The notes beneath the pieces were generated by a model. It worked only from the letters and a program-made list of their open reading frames with translations, was not told the origin of the DNA and did not search any database. Position numbers and translations under genes: made by a program. Shown here piece by piece: positions 49,688-59,472 of a stretch of DNA of 64,000 nucleotides; positions within the stretch are counted from its first letter, which is position 1, and every line of letters begins with the position of its first letter. The stretch is taken from positions 283,299-347,298 of the forward strand of contig JADJTW010000002.1 in the NCBI GenBank assembly GCA_016710965.1. Direction: 5' to 3'. The stretch comes from Flavobacteriales bacterium (GTDB taxonomy: Bacteria; Bacteroidota; Bacteroidia; Flavobacteriales_F; PHOS-HE28).

Positions 49688-51256
49688 TCAACGCTTCATG
49701 CAGCGACCGGCCTGCTCGCCGCCAACCGCGCGTGCGATGATCAGGTACTGGCCGGAGGCGAATGCTCCGAGATCGAGTTCCATCGATGAACCCGAACCAA
49801 CGACGGATCTTGTCAGCAGCACTCGCCCCTGCAGGTCCTTCACGACGAGTTCCAAGGTGCCAGCCGGAAGCACCACGTTGATCCGGTCATCGGCTGGAAC
49901 CGGGGCGATCCGCAACCGATCGGTTCTTCCCCTTGCTTCGGCGAGGGCGGTTGTATGCCCGAACTCCACGACCCACGCATCGAACAACCCGTGTTGGGTG
50001 CTCTCCACATCCCCGTCCACGCTGCTGGTCATGTTCAGCGTGAGGATGTTGCCGGATACAGCCATCATGATGTCTCGTGCCAGCTCATCCCCCGACCCAC
50101 CATAGGAGGTGATCCATTCCACCTCACCGTCCACCTCTTCCACAGCGGCGATGAAGGCTTCGAGATCGCTTCCCGCGAAGGGCAGTTCACCATCCGCGGA
50201 AGAAGTGTGGCCCACCACGAAGACGCGACCGAACAACGGGGAATAGACCGCAGCGACGATGATCTCCGAACCGCTTCCCTGCAACGAGCGGCACCAATCC
50301 GGTGCGCCGGATCCGTTCAAGGCGAGGATGATCGCGTTCGCTTCCGGGAATGTGCTATCGCAGAAATCGTCGGACAATGTGCTGCCGACAAGACCGATGC
50401 CGCCGCCCGGTCTCTGGAACATGCGCTCCACATGATCGGCGCCATTGCCGCCGTAGCGTTGCACGCTCAAGGTGGTATTGATGTCGCTCAAGGGGAAACT
50501 CGCCAATACCATGTCATCGCTTCCCAAGGATGCGGTCCCCTCGAGGTCGCCATCAACACCATCGCTCTCGGCCGCCACATACACCACTCCCGCGTTGATG
50601 AGCATATCCTTACCCAGATCGTACCCGCTGCTTCCCCACAGCCGCCCTTGCAGCACGTTGAATTCCTGGTCCATAACGAACAGACCGAGATCCACCTGAC
50701 CATGATGGAGATACGGCGAGAAGACCTCGTCCTCCGACCGCACATCCAGCAGGATGACATACTCTCCCGTCTCCTCATCGAACAGCACCTTGCGCGCCTG
50801 ATCGACCTGGCTGCCCTCCATACAGTATTGGACCGCGACCGTGAACGGGCCGCTGCGCTTGATCAATCCAACGTTGGAAGAGGCTCCACTGCAGCCCCAT
50901 GCAGTGCCCTGCGTATTGCCGACGATCACCACGGTATCCCCGTGGTCCACGAATGCGCTGCCCTCATCGAACGCGGAAGAACCGAAGTTCTCCGACGTGA
51001 TCGGGCTGAACTCCTGGTCCATTTCGAGGTACCAGAGATCGTGCCCGCCAAAATTGCCCGGCAGGTCTCCATTGCTGGAGGTACTTGACCCGATCGCGGA
51101 GATCGTGACTCCGAAGGAATTGAATCGGCGGAGGTCATCGTCGAGGCTGTCGCCAAAGCATCGCTCTTGAATGATGGTGGCCGAGATCTGCCCAGTGACG
51201 ATCGCGGACAGACCGAACCCGATGACCGCCAGGAAGGAGCGTGATCGCTGTTCCAT
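49688..51256 (-). CDS. hypothetical secreted protein with T9SS type A sorting domain
   Basis: ATG at 51256 gives MEQRSRSFLAVIGFGLSAIVTGQ. C-terminal 'LRIAPVPADDRINVVLPAGTLELVVKDLQGRVLL'. Confidence 0.65.
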   Translation of the reverse strand: MEQRSRSFLAVIGFGLSAIVTGQISATIIQERCFGDSLDDDLRRFNSFGVTISAIGSSTSSNGDLPGNFGGHDLWYLEMDQEFSPITSENFGSSAFDEGSAFVDHGDTVVIVGNTQGTAWGCSGASSNVGLIKRSGPFTVAVQYCMEGSQVDQARKVLFDEETGEYVILLDVRSEDEVFSPYLHHGQVDLGLFVMDQEFNVLQGRLWGSSGYDLGKDMLINAGVVYVAAESDGVDGDLEGTASLGSDDMVLASFPLSDINTTLSVQRYGGNGADHVERMFQRPGGGIGLVGSTLSDDFCDSTFPEANAIILALNGSGAPDWCRSLQGSGSEIIVAAVYSPLFGRVFVVGHTSSADGELPFAGSDLEAFIAAVEEVDGEVEWITSYGGSGDELARDIMMAVSGNILTLNMTSSVDGDVESTQHGLFDAWVVEFGHTTALAEARGRTDRLRIAPVPADDRINVVLPAGTLELVVKDLQGRVLLTRSVVGSGSSMELDLGAFASGQYLIIARAVGGEQAGRCMKR

Positions 51257-51372
51257 TGGGATGGGGATTGGGGCCGCACAAGATAGCCTCATCGGCGCAC
51301 CATCCGCTGCAAGCGTGCATAACTCGATGGGTTCGAAAAGATGTGTCCTCTTGTCTACTGCATAAGGCGCAC

Positions 51373-51693
51373 TTAAATGTGCCGGTAGTCGTATGCGGTA
51401 ACGTAGAGCGTATCGCCCTTCAATACCATCCTCCACTTGCTGCCTGGTAAGCGGATGGTATTGCCCGTACGCTTGTAGCGCATGGAGCCAGGCGTATCCG
51501 ATCCCGGTAACGAGAGATCGACGTCGCCGTCCTCACGGAACTCGACATGGACCGGGTTACCGCAACCTTCACAACCCTCCTGGAACTTCGCCTCCGATGT
51601 TCCGCGATAATGCAGACCAGCCAGGTTCTTCGGTGTTTGCGCGGCACTTGCCATTGCGAAAGCGAACAGCAGGGTCGTGGAGGGAAGCCGCAT
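51373..51693 (-). CDS. small secreted hypothetical protein
   Basis: Signal peptide MRLPSTTLLFAFAMASAAQ; 'EGCEGCG' motif. Confidence 0.45.
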   Translation of the reverse strand: MRLPSTTLLFAFAMASAAQTPKNLAGLHYRGTSEAKFQEGCEGCGNPVHVEFREDGDVDLSLPGSDTPGSMRYKRTGNTIRLPGSKWRMVLKGDTLYVTAYDYRHI

Positions 51694-51721
51694 GGTGTGC
51701 AAACCAGAGGTCACGGAAGAG

Positions 51722-52708
51722 TCAGTCGAACAGATCGAAAGGGGCCGTACGGAACTCCTCCCTATCGCCGCCGATGAAGATCAAGCGATAAGTCCCCGGC
51801 TTCAACTCCTTTTCCCCTGTTCGCGCGTGCGCACCGACCCAAAAGCTCAGCGGCAGCGCCAAGGTGTGTTCGTGCCAATCGCCCCAAGGCAGGCCGCAGT
51901 CCATCTGACTCTCATCGATCGCAAAGCACTCGACCCACCTGCTGTCGGTCCGCACTTCCATACCGAACATGGGCATGTTGCTCGCGCAGCCGCCGGTGAG
52001 CATGATGCGTCCTGTGAAGGTGATGGTCACGGTGTCGGCGTTCACCCCGTCGATGCGCGCTTCCTCCAACGGCGGCTGTTCCGCCCAGAAGGCCGCCCAT
52101 TGCCCTTCCGTCATCGGCGGCGGTGGAACATAGGGCGCGGAAGGTGGAACCGGCGGTGGTTGGTTGCGGTAGTACTCCTCCAGGTCGGCGAGTTCCTTCG
52201 TGTAGGCAACTGCGTCCTCGGTGATCAGTTTCTTGGCGAGTTGGTTCGTTACTGCGGTCAACCGCGGATCGGCGATGAGCTCATCCACGCTGAATAGCCC
52301 CTTGCGAAAGCGGACCACTTCCGGTGTGTCTCGTTCTCCGCGTCGCCATGCACGAGCGATCAACACCTTCGGATCATCGGGCAGGTCGATGCGCATCGTG
52401 TCCGCACCCGCGATCACCAGCATGCGGCTCTCGGATACGCCTACCACCGGCGTGAACACGCGCCAGCCTCCGTTCCTCTCCTTGAAGAGATCATGGCTCT
52501 GCAGCGTGATGGTCGTGTCGGGCTTCAGCCAGAAGCTGTCCGAGTTGTAGTAGAACACGCGCTCACGGTCGTGCTGCTTCACCACATAGGTGCGCGACAA
52601 GGACTTGTCCGCATCGCCCGGCTCGGAGATCACGAAGCAGAAGTCGGGCGGGGCGGGCTGGGCAACGAGGCCCACGGGAGCGATAGCAAGTAAGAAGAGG
52701 ATACGCAT
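51722..52708 (-). CDS. hypothetical secreted protein; C-terminal ~100 aa domain paralogous to 55889..56290
   Basis: Signal peptide. Pro-rich linker 'PPPVPPSAPYVPPPP'. The C-terminal 'TGRIMLTGGCASNMPMFGMEV...PGTYRLIFIGGDREEFRTAPFDLFD' aligns with 'TGHIMLDGACTPGPHWSLEMH...PGTYRLVFMAPNGRTKRTKEFDL'. Confidence 0.6.
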   Translation of the reverse strand: MRILFLLAIAPVGLVAQPAPPDFCFVISEPGDADKSLSRTYVVKQHDRERVFYYNSDSFWLKPDTTITLQSHDLFKERNGGWRVFTPVVGVSESRMLVIAGADTMRIDLPDDPKVLIARAWRRGERDTPEVVRFRKGLFSVDELIADPRLTAVTNQLAKKLITEDAVAYTKELADLEEYYRNQPPPVPPSAPYVPPPPMTEGQWAAFWAEQPPLEEARIDGVNADTVTITFTGRIMLTGGCASNMPMFGMEVRTDSRWVECFAIDESQMDCGLPWGDWHEHTLALPLSFWVGAHARTGEKELKPGTYRLIFIGGDREEFRTAPFDLFD

Positions 52709-52810
52709 CGCGGCAACGGTACACAGAAGATGCGGAATGGTTCAACCGAACCAGTGATGGGGAACAGTGACCAACCGCCATCTACTTTCGCGCACGCAAC
52801 GCGACACACC

Positions 52811-54688
52811 ATGCGATCACTGGCCCTGCTGTCCGCACTTTGCCCGGCAGTACTCTTCGCCCAGACCCTGCCCGAGCTTCCGCAGGTGTACTTAGAGACC
52901 TGTTACCCGCTCACCAACTCTGTGCTCACCGTTTGCAACAGCGGTTGCGACTATGCGAACGGACAATTGCAACAAGCGATCAACGCCGCACAGCCCGGCA
53001 CCACCATCCTGCTGCAAAGCGGCCATACCTACAGCGGTTCATACACCCTCCCTGCGAAGACCGGCGACGCTTGGATCGTGATCCGCAGCAACGTGCCGGA
53101 CAGCCAATTGCCTGCGGCCGACAAACGCATCGACCCGGGCTATGCAGGGGTGATGGCCAACGTGCGCGCACCGGTGAACCAGAGCGCCTTCACCTTCCTC
53201 AGCGGCGCACACCACTACTACATGATGGGGCTGGAGGTCTCCACCGCGGGCTATGTGTACGACATCATCCGCGCCGGCGACGGCACGCAATCCAGCGTGG
53301 ACCAACTACCGCATGACATCGTGTTCGATCGCCTGTTCGTGCATGGCGACGCCACCCTGGGCACCAAGCGCGGCATCGCGCTGAACAGTGCGAGCACGGC
53401 GGTGGTGAACTGTCATATCAGCGATTGCAAGGTGGTGGGCCAGGATGCGCAGGCGGTGGCCGGCTGGAACGGTCCGGGGCCCTTCAAGCTGGTGAACAAC
53501 TACCTCGAAGGGAGCGGCGAGAACGTGATGTTCGGCGGCGCCAACCCTGTGATACAGGACCTCGTGCCCTCGGACATCGAAGTGCGCAACAATCATTTCT
53601 TCAAGCCGCTCAGTTGGCGCATCGGCGATCCCTCGTACGCGGGCACGGCGTGGTGCATCAAGAACCTCTTCGAACTGAAGAACGCGCAACGCATCCTGGT
53701 GGAAGGCAACATCTTCGAGAACAACTGGTCGCACTGCCAGAGCGGCTTCGCGATCGTGTTCACACCACGCACGCAGAGCGGTGCCAGCTTGTGGAGCCGC
53801 GTGACGGACATCACCTGGCGGTACAACATCCTGAAGAACAGCGACGGCGGTTTCAACATGAGCGGCCACGACGACCAACTGAACAACCCGGTGAGCACGC
53901 GGATCCTCATCGAGCACAACCTGGCCTATGGCCTCAGCAACGTGAACAAGCTCTACCAGTTCCTGAACGGCCTGGAGCATGTGACCATCCGACATAACAC
54001 GAACTTGAACGAAGGCACCACCACCAGTGCCGGAGGCGACCCCTCGCTCTTCCTCACTTTTCAGGACAACATCTGCGGGTATGGCGGCTACGGCGTGTGC
54101 GGCACGGGAGCGGGCTGCGGGAATAACACCATCAATACCTACTTCCCCGGATCCACCTTCTCGCATAACGTGCTCGTCGGCACACAAGGCGGTCCCAATG
54201 GCAACCCATCGCAATACCCGCCGAACCATTGGTTCCCGGCCGGAGTTTCGGCTGTAGGATTCGCTGACGCGGCGAACGATGATTACGCGCTGCTGCCATC
54301 AAGCGCCTATGCGGGTGCTGGGAGCGACGGCACGGACATCGGCGCGAACATCGACAGTTTGACCGCGCATACCGCGAACGTCCTCCCCGGCGTGTGGCCG
54401 TCGTGCAGCGGCATTCCTACGAGCGCGCCCAGCCTTGCGGATCGATCACGCTTCAGCGTATTCCCGAATCCGACGAACGGGCTTTTGACCGTTCATTCGC
54501 CCACCACTGCTTCGGGTGGTGTCATTGCGCTATTCGACCCTACCGGTCGTGAGGTGCTGCGCGCGAAACAACGCGAAAGCGATACCGTGATCGACCTCGA
54601 AGCGGTGCATGCGTCCTTCCTCATCTTGCGCGTGACGGATGCAAGAGGTGCTTTGATCGGTACCGAACGCCTGGTGCCGTTGCATTGA
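52811..54688 (+). CDS. right-handed parallel beta-helix (pectate-lyase-fold) protein with T9SS type A sorting domain
   Basis: Signal peptide MRSLALLSALCPAVLFAQT. Repeated 'N..I..N' beta-helix rungs. C-terminal 'FSVFPNPTNGLLTVHSP...'. Confidence 0.75.
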   Translation: MRSLALLSALCPAVLFAQTLPELPQVYLETCYPLTNSVLTVCNSGCDYANGQLQQAINAAQPGTTILLQSGHTYSGSYTLPAKTGDAWIVIRSNVPDSQLPAADKRIDPGYAGVMANVRAPVNQSAFTFLSGAHHYYMMGLEVSTAGYVYDIIRAGDGTQSSVDQLPHDIVFDRLFVHGDATLGTKRGIALNSASTAVVNCHISDCKVVGQDAQAVAGWNGPGPFKLVNNYLEGSGENVMFGGANPVIQDLVPSDIEVRNNHFFKPLSWRIGDPSYAGTAWCIKNLFELKNAQRILVEGNIFENNWSHCQSGFAIVFTPRTQSGASLWSRVTDITWRYNILKNSDGGFNMSGHDDQLNNPVSTRILIEHNLAYGLSNVNKLYQFLNGLEHVTIRHNTNLNEGTTTSAGGDPSLFLTFQDNICGYGGYGVCGTGAGCGNNTINTYFPGSTFSHNVLVGTQGGPNGNPSQYPPNHWFPAGVSAVGFADAANDDYALLPSSAYAGAGSDGTDIGANIDSLTAHTANVLPGVWPSCSGIPTSAPSLADRSRFSVFPNPTNGLLTVHSPTTASGGVIALFDPTGREVLRAKQRESDTVIDLEAVHASFLILRVTDARGALIGTERLVPLH

Positions 54689-54911
54689 GCAAACGCGCGT
54701 GCAGCAGGAACGGTGGTGATGCCACTGCACAAAACACCACTCACTCCAGATGGGTGCGCAACACCCACGCGTCCTTGCCATGGATGTCCTTGCGGCGCGT
54801 GGCCCGATCGGCGTTCACCCGATCGCAGTCCTTCTCCGCGGCCTTGATCACTGCCTGATCCAGATAGATTCCATGACCGCCGATCCCAACACACAGATGC
54901 CGAGGCACCGA

Positions 54912-55592
54912 TCAGAACAACGAACCCTGCGCGGGTTTCTCCTTCAGTTCGGCGTCCATGCGCTCCTCGGGCAGCGGTGCGCAAAGGGCATTCACCTGTT
55001 CGGGTGACAGGCCAGGCGAAAGCCATGCCTCCCAGTGCTCGGGCGCAATGATCACCGGCTGGCGCTTCTTGGTGTTGTGTATGTGCGCCATGAGCGCATT
55101 GGCCCGCGTGGTGAGCACCGTGTACGTATCCATGTCCTCGCCCTTCTCCCACAATCCGCCCAGGCAGAAGATGTCGGCTCCTTTCAAGCGGATGCTGTAC
55201 GGGATCTTCTGCTTGCCTTCGTGCCGCCATTCGTAGAAGTTCGTCACCGGGATCAAACAGCGCTGTCCCTTTTCGAACGCGTTCTTGAAGGTGCGCTTCG
55301 CCGCCACCTCCTCACTGATGGCATTGAAGGTGGGGGCTTTCTTCAGGAACTCCTTCGCTTCTTCCTCCGTGCGGACGAAGCGCGGCAGCAGGCCCCAACG
55401 CAACACACTGATGCGCTGCGGATCGCGCGAGGTGACAACAGGCCACGCCGGGCGGGCGAAAGCGCTGGTCTGTCCAAGGGGCAGTTCGAATTGGTAGGGA
55501 AGTTCGATGCGCCTGCTCTCCTCCAGCATGCGCTTATGCATGGCCTTCTCCAGGGCTTTCACATCGCGGTCAAGGGAGGTGGAATAGCACAT
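54912..55592 (-). CDS. SOS-response-associated peptidase (SRAP/YedK/HMCES family, abasic-site processing)
   Basis: N-terminal 'MCYSTS' (catalytic Cys2), 'RWGLLP', 'RCLIPVTNFYEW','QPVIIAPEHWEAWL'. Confidence 0.85.
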   Translation of the reverse strand: MCYSTSLDRDVKALEKAMHKRMLEESRRIELPYQFELPLGQTSAFARPAWPVVTSRDPQRISVLRWGLLPRFVRTEEEAKEFLKKAPTFNAISEEVAAKRTFKNAFEKGQRCLIPVTNFYEWRHEGKQKIPYSIRLKGADIFCLGGLWEKGEDMDTYTVLTTRANALMAHIHNTKKRQPVIIAPEHWEAWLSPGLSPEQVNALCAPLPEERMDAELKEKPAQGSLF

Positions 55593-55609
55593 GGCGCAAA
55601 GGAAGGGCA

Positions 55610-56055
55610 CTACTTCCCGAACGCCTCGTTCCGGTGCCACTCCAGGAATTCGGCCTTGGGGCCAAGGCCTCCGCCGGAAAGATCAGTGGCTTGTCTTCGT
55701 AGGATTGGAAGTGTTGGGCTACGGTCGCGTGAGCGAACTGGTCGCCCCGGATGAAACTCAGGGGCAGGCTCGCGAAGGGGCGCAGACGAGGCGTAGCTCG
55801 GTATCGAATCCGGCTTCGCCAAGGCTACGTCGGATAAGAGGTGATGAGGCCGCCGTCGAAGGCGCGGAGGTGGAGGGCATCGAGCACACTACAGGTCGAA
55901 CTCCTTCGTTCGCTTCGTTCGTCCGTTCGGCGCCATGAACACCAAGCGGTAGGTCCCTGGCAGGAGTGGGCCACTATCCCTCGGATGGTGGTACGCGTCC
56001 CACCTCCCCAATTCCAAGTTGAACACCTCCTTGCGATAACTCCATGACCCCGCAC
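55610..56055 (-). pseudogene. degraded partial duplicate of the 3' part of the HNH_2 nuclease gene at 56323..56802
   Basis: Nucleotide homology of 55610..55900 with 56340..56560 (e.g. 'gaagtgttgggc[c/t]acggtcgcgtgagcgaa[g/c]tggtcgc'). Peptide remnants 'LDALHLRAFDGGLIT' and 'KAEFLEWHRNEAFGK'. Confidence 0.45.
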
Positions 56056-56290
56056 CGCAGAGCATCTGGGCGCCGGGGAACGGAACGCGCGCTATCCATC
56101 CCGTGTCCGTATGCATCTCCAAAGACCAATGAGGCCCGGGTGTGCAAGCGCCATCCAGCATGATATGGCCGGTGAGGCGCACCTGTGCGGTTTCCTTGTC
56201 GGCACGGATCAGTTCCGCGCGCTGCACACCCCGAGGGCTGAAACACGCGGACAACAGGAGGATCAATAGGATGCACGACAGAGGACGCAT
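55889..56290 (-). CDS. small lipoprotein, paralogue of the C-terminal domain of 51722..52708
   Basis: ATG at 56290. Lipobox 'LLLSAC'; domain alignment as above. Confidence 0.55.
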   Translation of the reverse strand: MRPLSCILLILLLSACFSPRGVQRAELIRADKETAQVRLTGHIMLDGACTPGPHWSLEMHTDTGWIARVPFPGAQMLCGAGSWSYRKEVFNLELGRWDAYHHPRDSGPLLPGTYRLVFMAPNGRTKRTKEFDL

Positions 56291-56322
56291 GGCCGAAGTG
56301 TATACGAAGATGCGAAGAGCGC

Positions 56323-56802
56323 TCAGCCTTGGAAGCGGTAATGCCTTCGATGCCACTCCAGGTATTCGAGCTTGGGGCCCGCCGCTTCGGCGGGAATGGC
56401 CATTGGCTTGACTTCGCAGGTTTTGAAGTGTTGGGCCACGGTCGCGTGAGCGAAGTGGTCGCGCAGCGAAGGGGCACAGACGAGGCATAGCTCGGTATCG
56501 AAGGTGATGAGGCCGCGATCAAAGGCCTTGTCGTGAAGGGCGTTGAGGGCGATCGTTCTGTGGGTCGAGGCGTGTTGCTCGGCGGCGTTCCATGGAATGA
56601 CCCCGCCAAATGCGCGGGGCAAGTTGTGCGAAGCCACCAACAGATCGCGCACGGCCAGACCGGTCACGGCGCAGCGGCCCATGTACGCATTGAGCACCGC
56701 TTGGCGGAAGTAGCGTTGGCCGCGCCGCACCTTCACGGATCCGTGTGGTTCATGTCCGCGGGGAACGGGCGATCGTGAGGCAGGACCAACCGTTCCTCGT
56801 TC
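56323..56802 (-). CDS. HNH_2-family nuclease domain protein (possibly N-terminally decayed)
   Basis: 'RYFRQAVLNAYMGRCAVTG...ASHNLP...NALHDKAFDRGLITFD'. The track ORF extends to 56952 and overlaps the start of the next gene. Confidence 0.5.
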   Translation of the reverse strand, partial: ERGTVGPASRSPVPRGHEPHGSVKVRRGQRYFRQAVLNAYMGRCAVTGLAVRDLLVASHNLPRAFGGVIPWNAAEQHASTHRTIALNALHDKAFDRGLITFDTELCLVCAPSLRDHFAHATVAQHFKTCEVKPMAIPAEAAGPKLEYLEWHRRHYRFQG

Positions 56803-56860
56803 CATGCACTGATCGTCCCACCGCAGGCAGCCTCCCATCCCGCGCGCGCATCTTCCATGC

Positions 56861-58267
56861 GTGCAGCGCAGCCTTTGTTCGGCCTTCTTCCTGGTCCTGA
56901 TCGGTGCCCAGGCACAGAACCTCGTGCCGAACGGTGATCTGGAGCAGTACACGCAGTGCCCCGATTATGTGAGCCAGATCGATCGCGCCGTCGGTTGGTC
57001 GCGACCCACGCAGGGGACCAGCGATTACCTCAACGCATGCCTGGGCGTGCCCTTCAGCGAAAGTGTGCCGGACAATGAGTTCGGTTATGAGCCCGCGCAC
57101 AGCGGCAACGGCTATGCGGGTTTCTACTGCTTCTACTCCACCACAGCCATCAGCACCGCACCGGACAACGATCACGAATACGTGACCCACGCGCTCAGTG
57201 CGCCGCTCACTCCCGGCACCACCTACGCTGTGGAGTTCTTCGTGAGCCTTGCGGATGTGTCCAAGTACGCGGTGAACGACATCGGTGCGTTGTTCAGCGT
57301 GAACGTACCGGTGCGCACGGACGATCTGGCGATCACGGCCACCCCGCAGATCACGAACAGTTCGCTGGCCATGCTCAACAACAAGAACGGGTGGACGCGC
57401 ATCCATGGCTGCTTCGTCGCCGACTCCGCCTTCGCGTACATCACCGTCGGCAATTTCCATGCGGGCCCCGCCACCACCTTCGAGGAAGTGGCTACGGACT
57501 TCCCCCTCACCTACTACAGCTACTACTACGTGGACGATGTGAGCGTGCAAGCGGTCGCGGCGCCGCAGCTCGGTCCGGACATCAACGCGTGCGATGCGGT
57601 GACGCTGGCCGTGCAGGATCCCGTCGACGGTGCGACCTACCTCTGGTCCACAGGTGCCGAAGGCAGCTCCATCGTGGTGGACACGGCAGGTGTCTACAGT
57701 GTTGCCATGGATGTGGATGGATGCCTGCTCACCGATACCATCAACGTTCAACTCGCAGAACCGATCACGTTGACACTCGCTGGTGATACCACAGCCGACT
57801 TCTGCGCAACACCTTTCCTGCTTATCGACCCCGGCCCATTGCCCCCGAACACTAATGTGATCTGGTCCACGGGTGCCACCACTACGACGATCCAAGTGGA
57901 TCAAGCAGGGCTGTACACGGTGAACGCATCCGCACCCGAATACTGTCCGGCAACGGCAGCCATGCTGGTGGTGGATGCCTGCGGGTCACCGGTGTACGCA
58001 CCCAATGCGTTCACGCCCAACAACGATGGGATCAACGATAGTTGGATGCCGGTGTGGCTGGCGAATACGGGCGCCACGCTGGAGGTGCAGGTCTTCGATC
58101 GTTGGGGAAGAACGCTCTTTGCGGCAACCGAGCTGGACGCCGCGTGGGATGGCACCACTGATGGATCGCCCATACCCGATGGCGTGTATGCCTGGCGCGG
58201 GCAGACACGCGATCCAGCCACATCGACCCTACGTGTGCTCTTTGGGCACGTCTCCGTGATGCGTTGA
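56861..58267 (+). CDS. CHU_C (T9SS type B sorting domain) protein, no adjacent PorP/SprF
   Basis: Signal peptide; 'NLVPNGDLEQYTQCPDY...WSRPTQGTSDYLNAC' N-domain; C-terminal 'YAPNAFTPNNDGINDSWMPV...VFDRWGRTLF'. Confidence 0.8.
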   Translation: MQRSLCSAFFLVLIGAQAQNLVPNGDLEQYTQCPDYVSQIDRAVGWSRPTQGTSDYLNACLGVPFSESVPDNEFGYEPAHSGNGYAGFYCFYSTTAISTAPDNDHEYVTHALSAPLTPGTTYAVEFFVSLADVSKYAVNDIGALFSVNVPVRTDDLAITATPQITNSSLAMLNNKNGWTRIHGCFVADSAFAYITVGNFHAGPATTFEEVATDFPLTYYSYYYVDDVSVQAVAAPQLGPDINACDAVTLAVQDPVDGATYLWSTGAEGSSIVVDTAGVYSVAMDVDGCLLTDTINVQLAEPITLTLAGDTTADFCATPFLLIDPGPLPPNTNVIWSTGATTTTIQVDQAGLYTVNASAPEYCPATAAMLVVDACGSPVYAPNAFTPNNDGINDSWMPVWLANTGATLEVQVFDRWGRTLFAATELDAAWDGTTDGSPIPDGVYAWRGQTRDPATSTLRVLFGHVSVMR

Positions 58268-58468
58268 GAGGCTCGCCGGAAGTGGGCGGGAGCTAGCAAG
58301 GAATGGGGCCGGGGCAGATGGCGGCAAGGCTTGAGGTCCGTGGCCACAAAACGCAGGGTCTCGAAGACGAAGGCCCTGCGGCGGTCTGGTGCGATGAGAG
58401 GATGCGTGATACCAACCGCGATGTGCCTGCAAAGTCAGTGGCAGTTGATAGACAAGAGCAGAGATCGC

Positions 58469-58525
58469 GGTAGCCATAGGCTACCATGCCTTGGAGCATG
58501 TGGGGCGTAGCCACAGGCTACGCCC
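58469..58525. repeat. pair of related GC-rich hairpins (GGTAGCC-ata-GGCTACC and GGGCGTAGCC-aca-GGCTACGCCC) in a 370-bp intergenic region
   Basis: Two perfect inverted repeats sharing the core GTAGCC/GGCTAC; no T-tract follows. Confidence 0.35.
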
Positions 58526-58637
58526 AGATGCGCGACACGCTACGCGCAGATGGGGGGAAGGATGTACCACTTCCGCATACGTGCCCTCCTCGCCGCTGGG
58601 GAAGGACCCTTCAGGGGGCGACCTGCTACTGGCCGGG

Positions 58638-59279
58638 CTAAGCGGTCTGCGGCGGAAGGTCCCAAGGCTTCACGTTGCCACCGGGTGTGCGGGTATGGCG
58701 CAGGCTATCCGCCCGCTGCTGGTCCAAACGGTCCATTTGTTCCTGTTGATCATCGAACAGCTTGCCGTGGTCCACGAAGGTGATGAGCTGCACCACCTGC
58801 TGGGGTACCGCCCAAGTGCCGATGATGTAGCCGTGGGTCACGCCGACGCGCACTTCGTCGTTGTCCAGGCAGTACTCCATGCCGAAGTCCATGTTCTCGC
58901 GGATGAACTCCTTCAAACGAAAGAAGCCATCTTCCGTGCTGTTGAAGCGTTCGGCGTACTGTTCCAGCACATGGTGGCTGATGTGGTAGCACACACCATC
59001 CTGCATGATGCGTGCAGCCCGGTAATAGCCATCGGTACCGCGGTACCATACGAAGGGCACGATGTTCAGCACCTTCTTGGTCGGCAGCATGGCGATGAGC
59101 CAGTTGTTCCCCTCGTGCGAGCGGTACTCGAACAGCTGCGGCTCCATGCGCAGGGACTTATCCACGCGCATCCGCCGCTGCAACCGCTCAATGGGCTCCT
59201 TCAGCTTGTTCCACATGGCGGGCAGGTCGCGAAAGGCTTCGCGCACCACCTGCTCCGGGCTATGTGTTTGAACGATCAT
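58638..59279 (-). CDS. hypothetical protein (no recognisable family)
   Basis: 213-aa ORF with protein-like composition, divergent from the low-GC gene at 59473. Confidence 0.5.
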   Translation of the reverse strand: MIVQTHSPEQVVREAFRDLPAMWNKLKEPIERLQRRMRVDKSLRMEPQLFEYRSHEGNNWLIAMLPTKKVLNIVPFVWYRGTDGYYRAARIMQDGVCYHISHHVLEQYAERFNSTEDGFFRLKEFIRENMDFGMEYCLDNDEVRVGVTHGYIIGTWAVPQQVVQLITFVDHGKLFDDQQEQMDRLDQQRADSLRHTRTPGGNVKPWDLPPQTA

Positions 59280-59472
59280 GGCTCGCGGCCTTGAACGGAC
59301 AACGGGGAGACGGGGTTCCTTGGTATGGGGTATCGGGCGGTCGGAAGATGCAGGGTCGCCGAAGACAGGAGACCGTGCGAAGGCCTAAAGGGGGCAGATG
59401 GGGCAGGTGTTCTACCTTCGATTCAGATAAGAGAGAGGGGCACCTTTCCGTCATTCAGAACAAATCCTTCAC

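Noticed and set aside
56750-57904. 384-aa minus-strand ORF
   Set aside because: Antisense to the CHU_C protein gene at 56861..58267.
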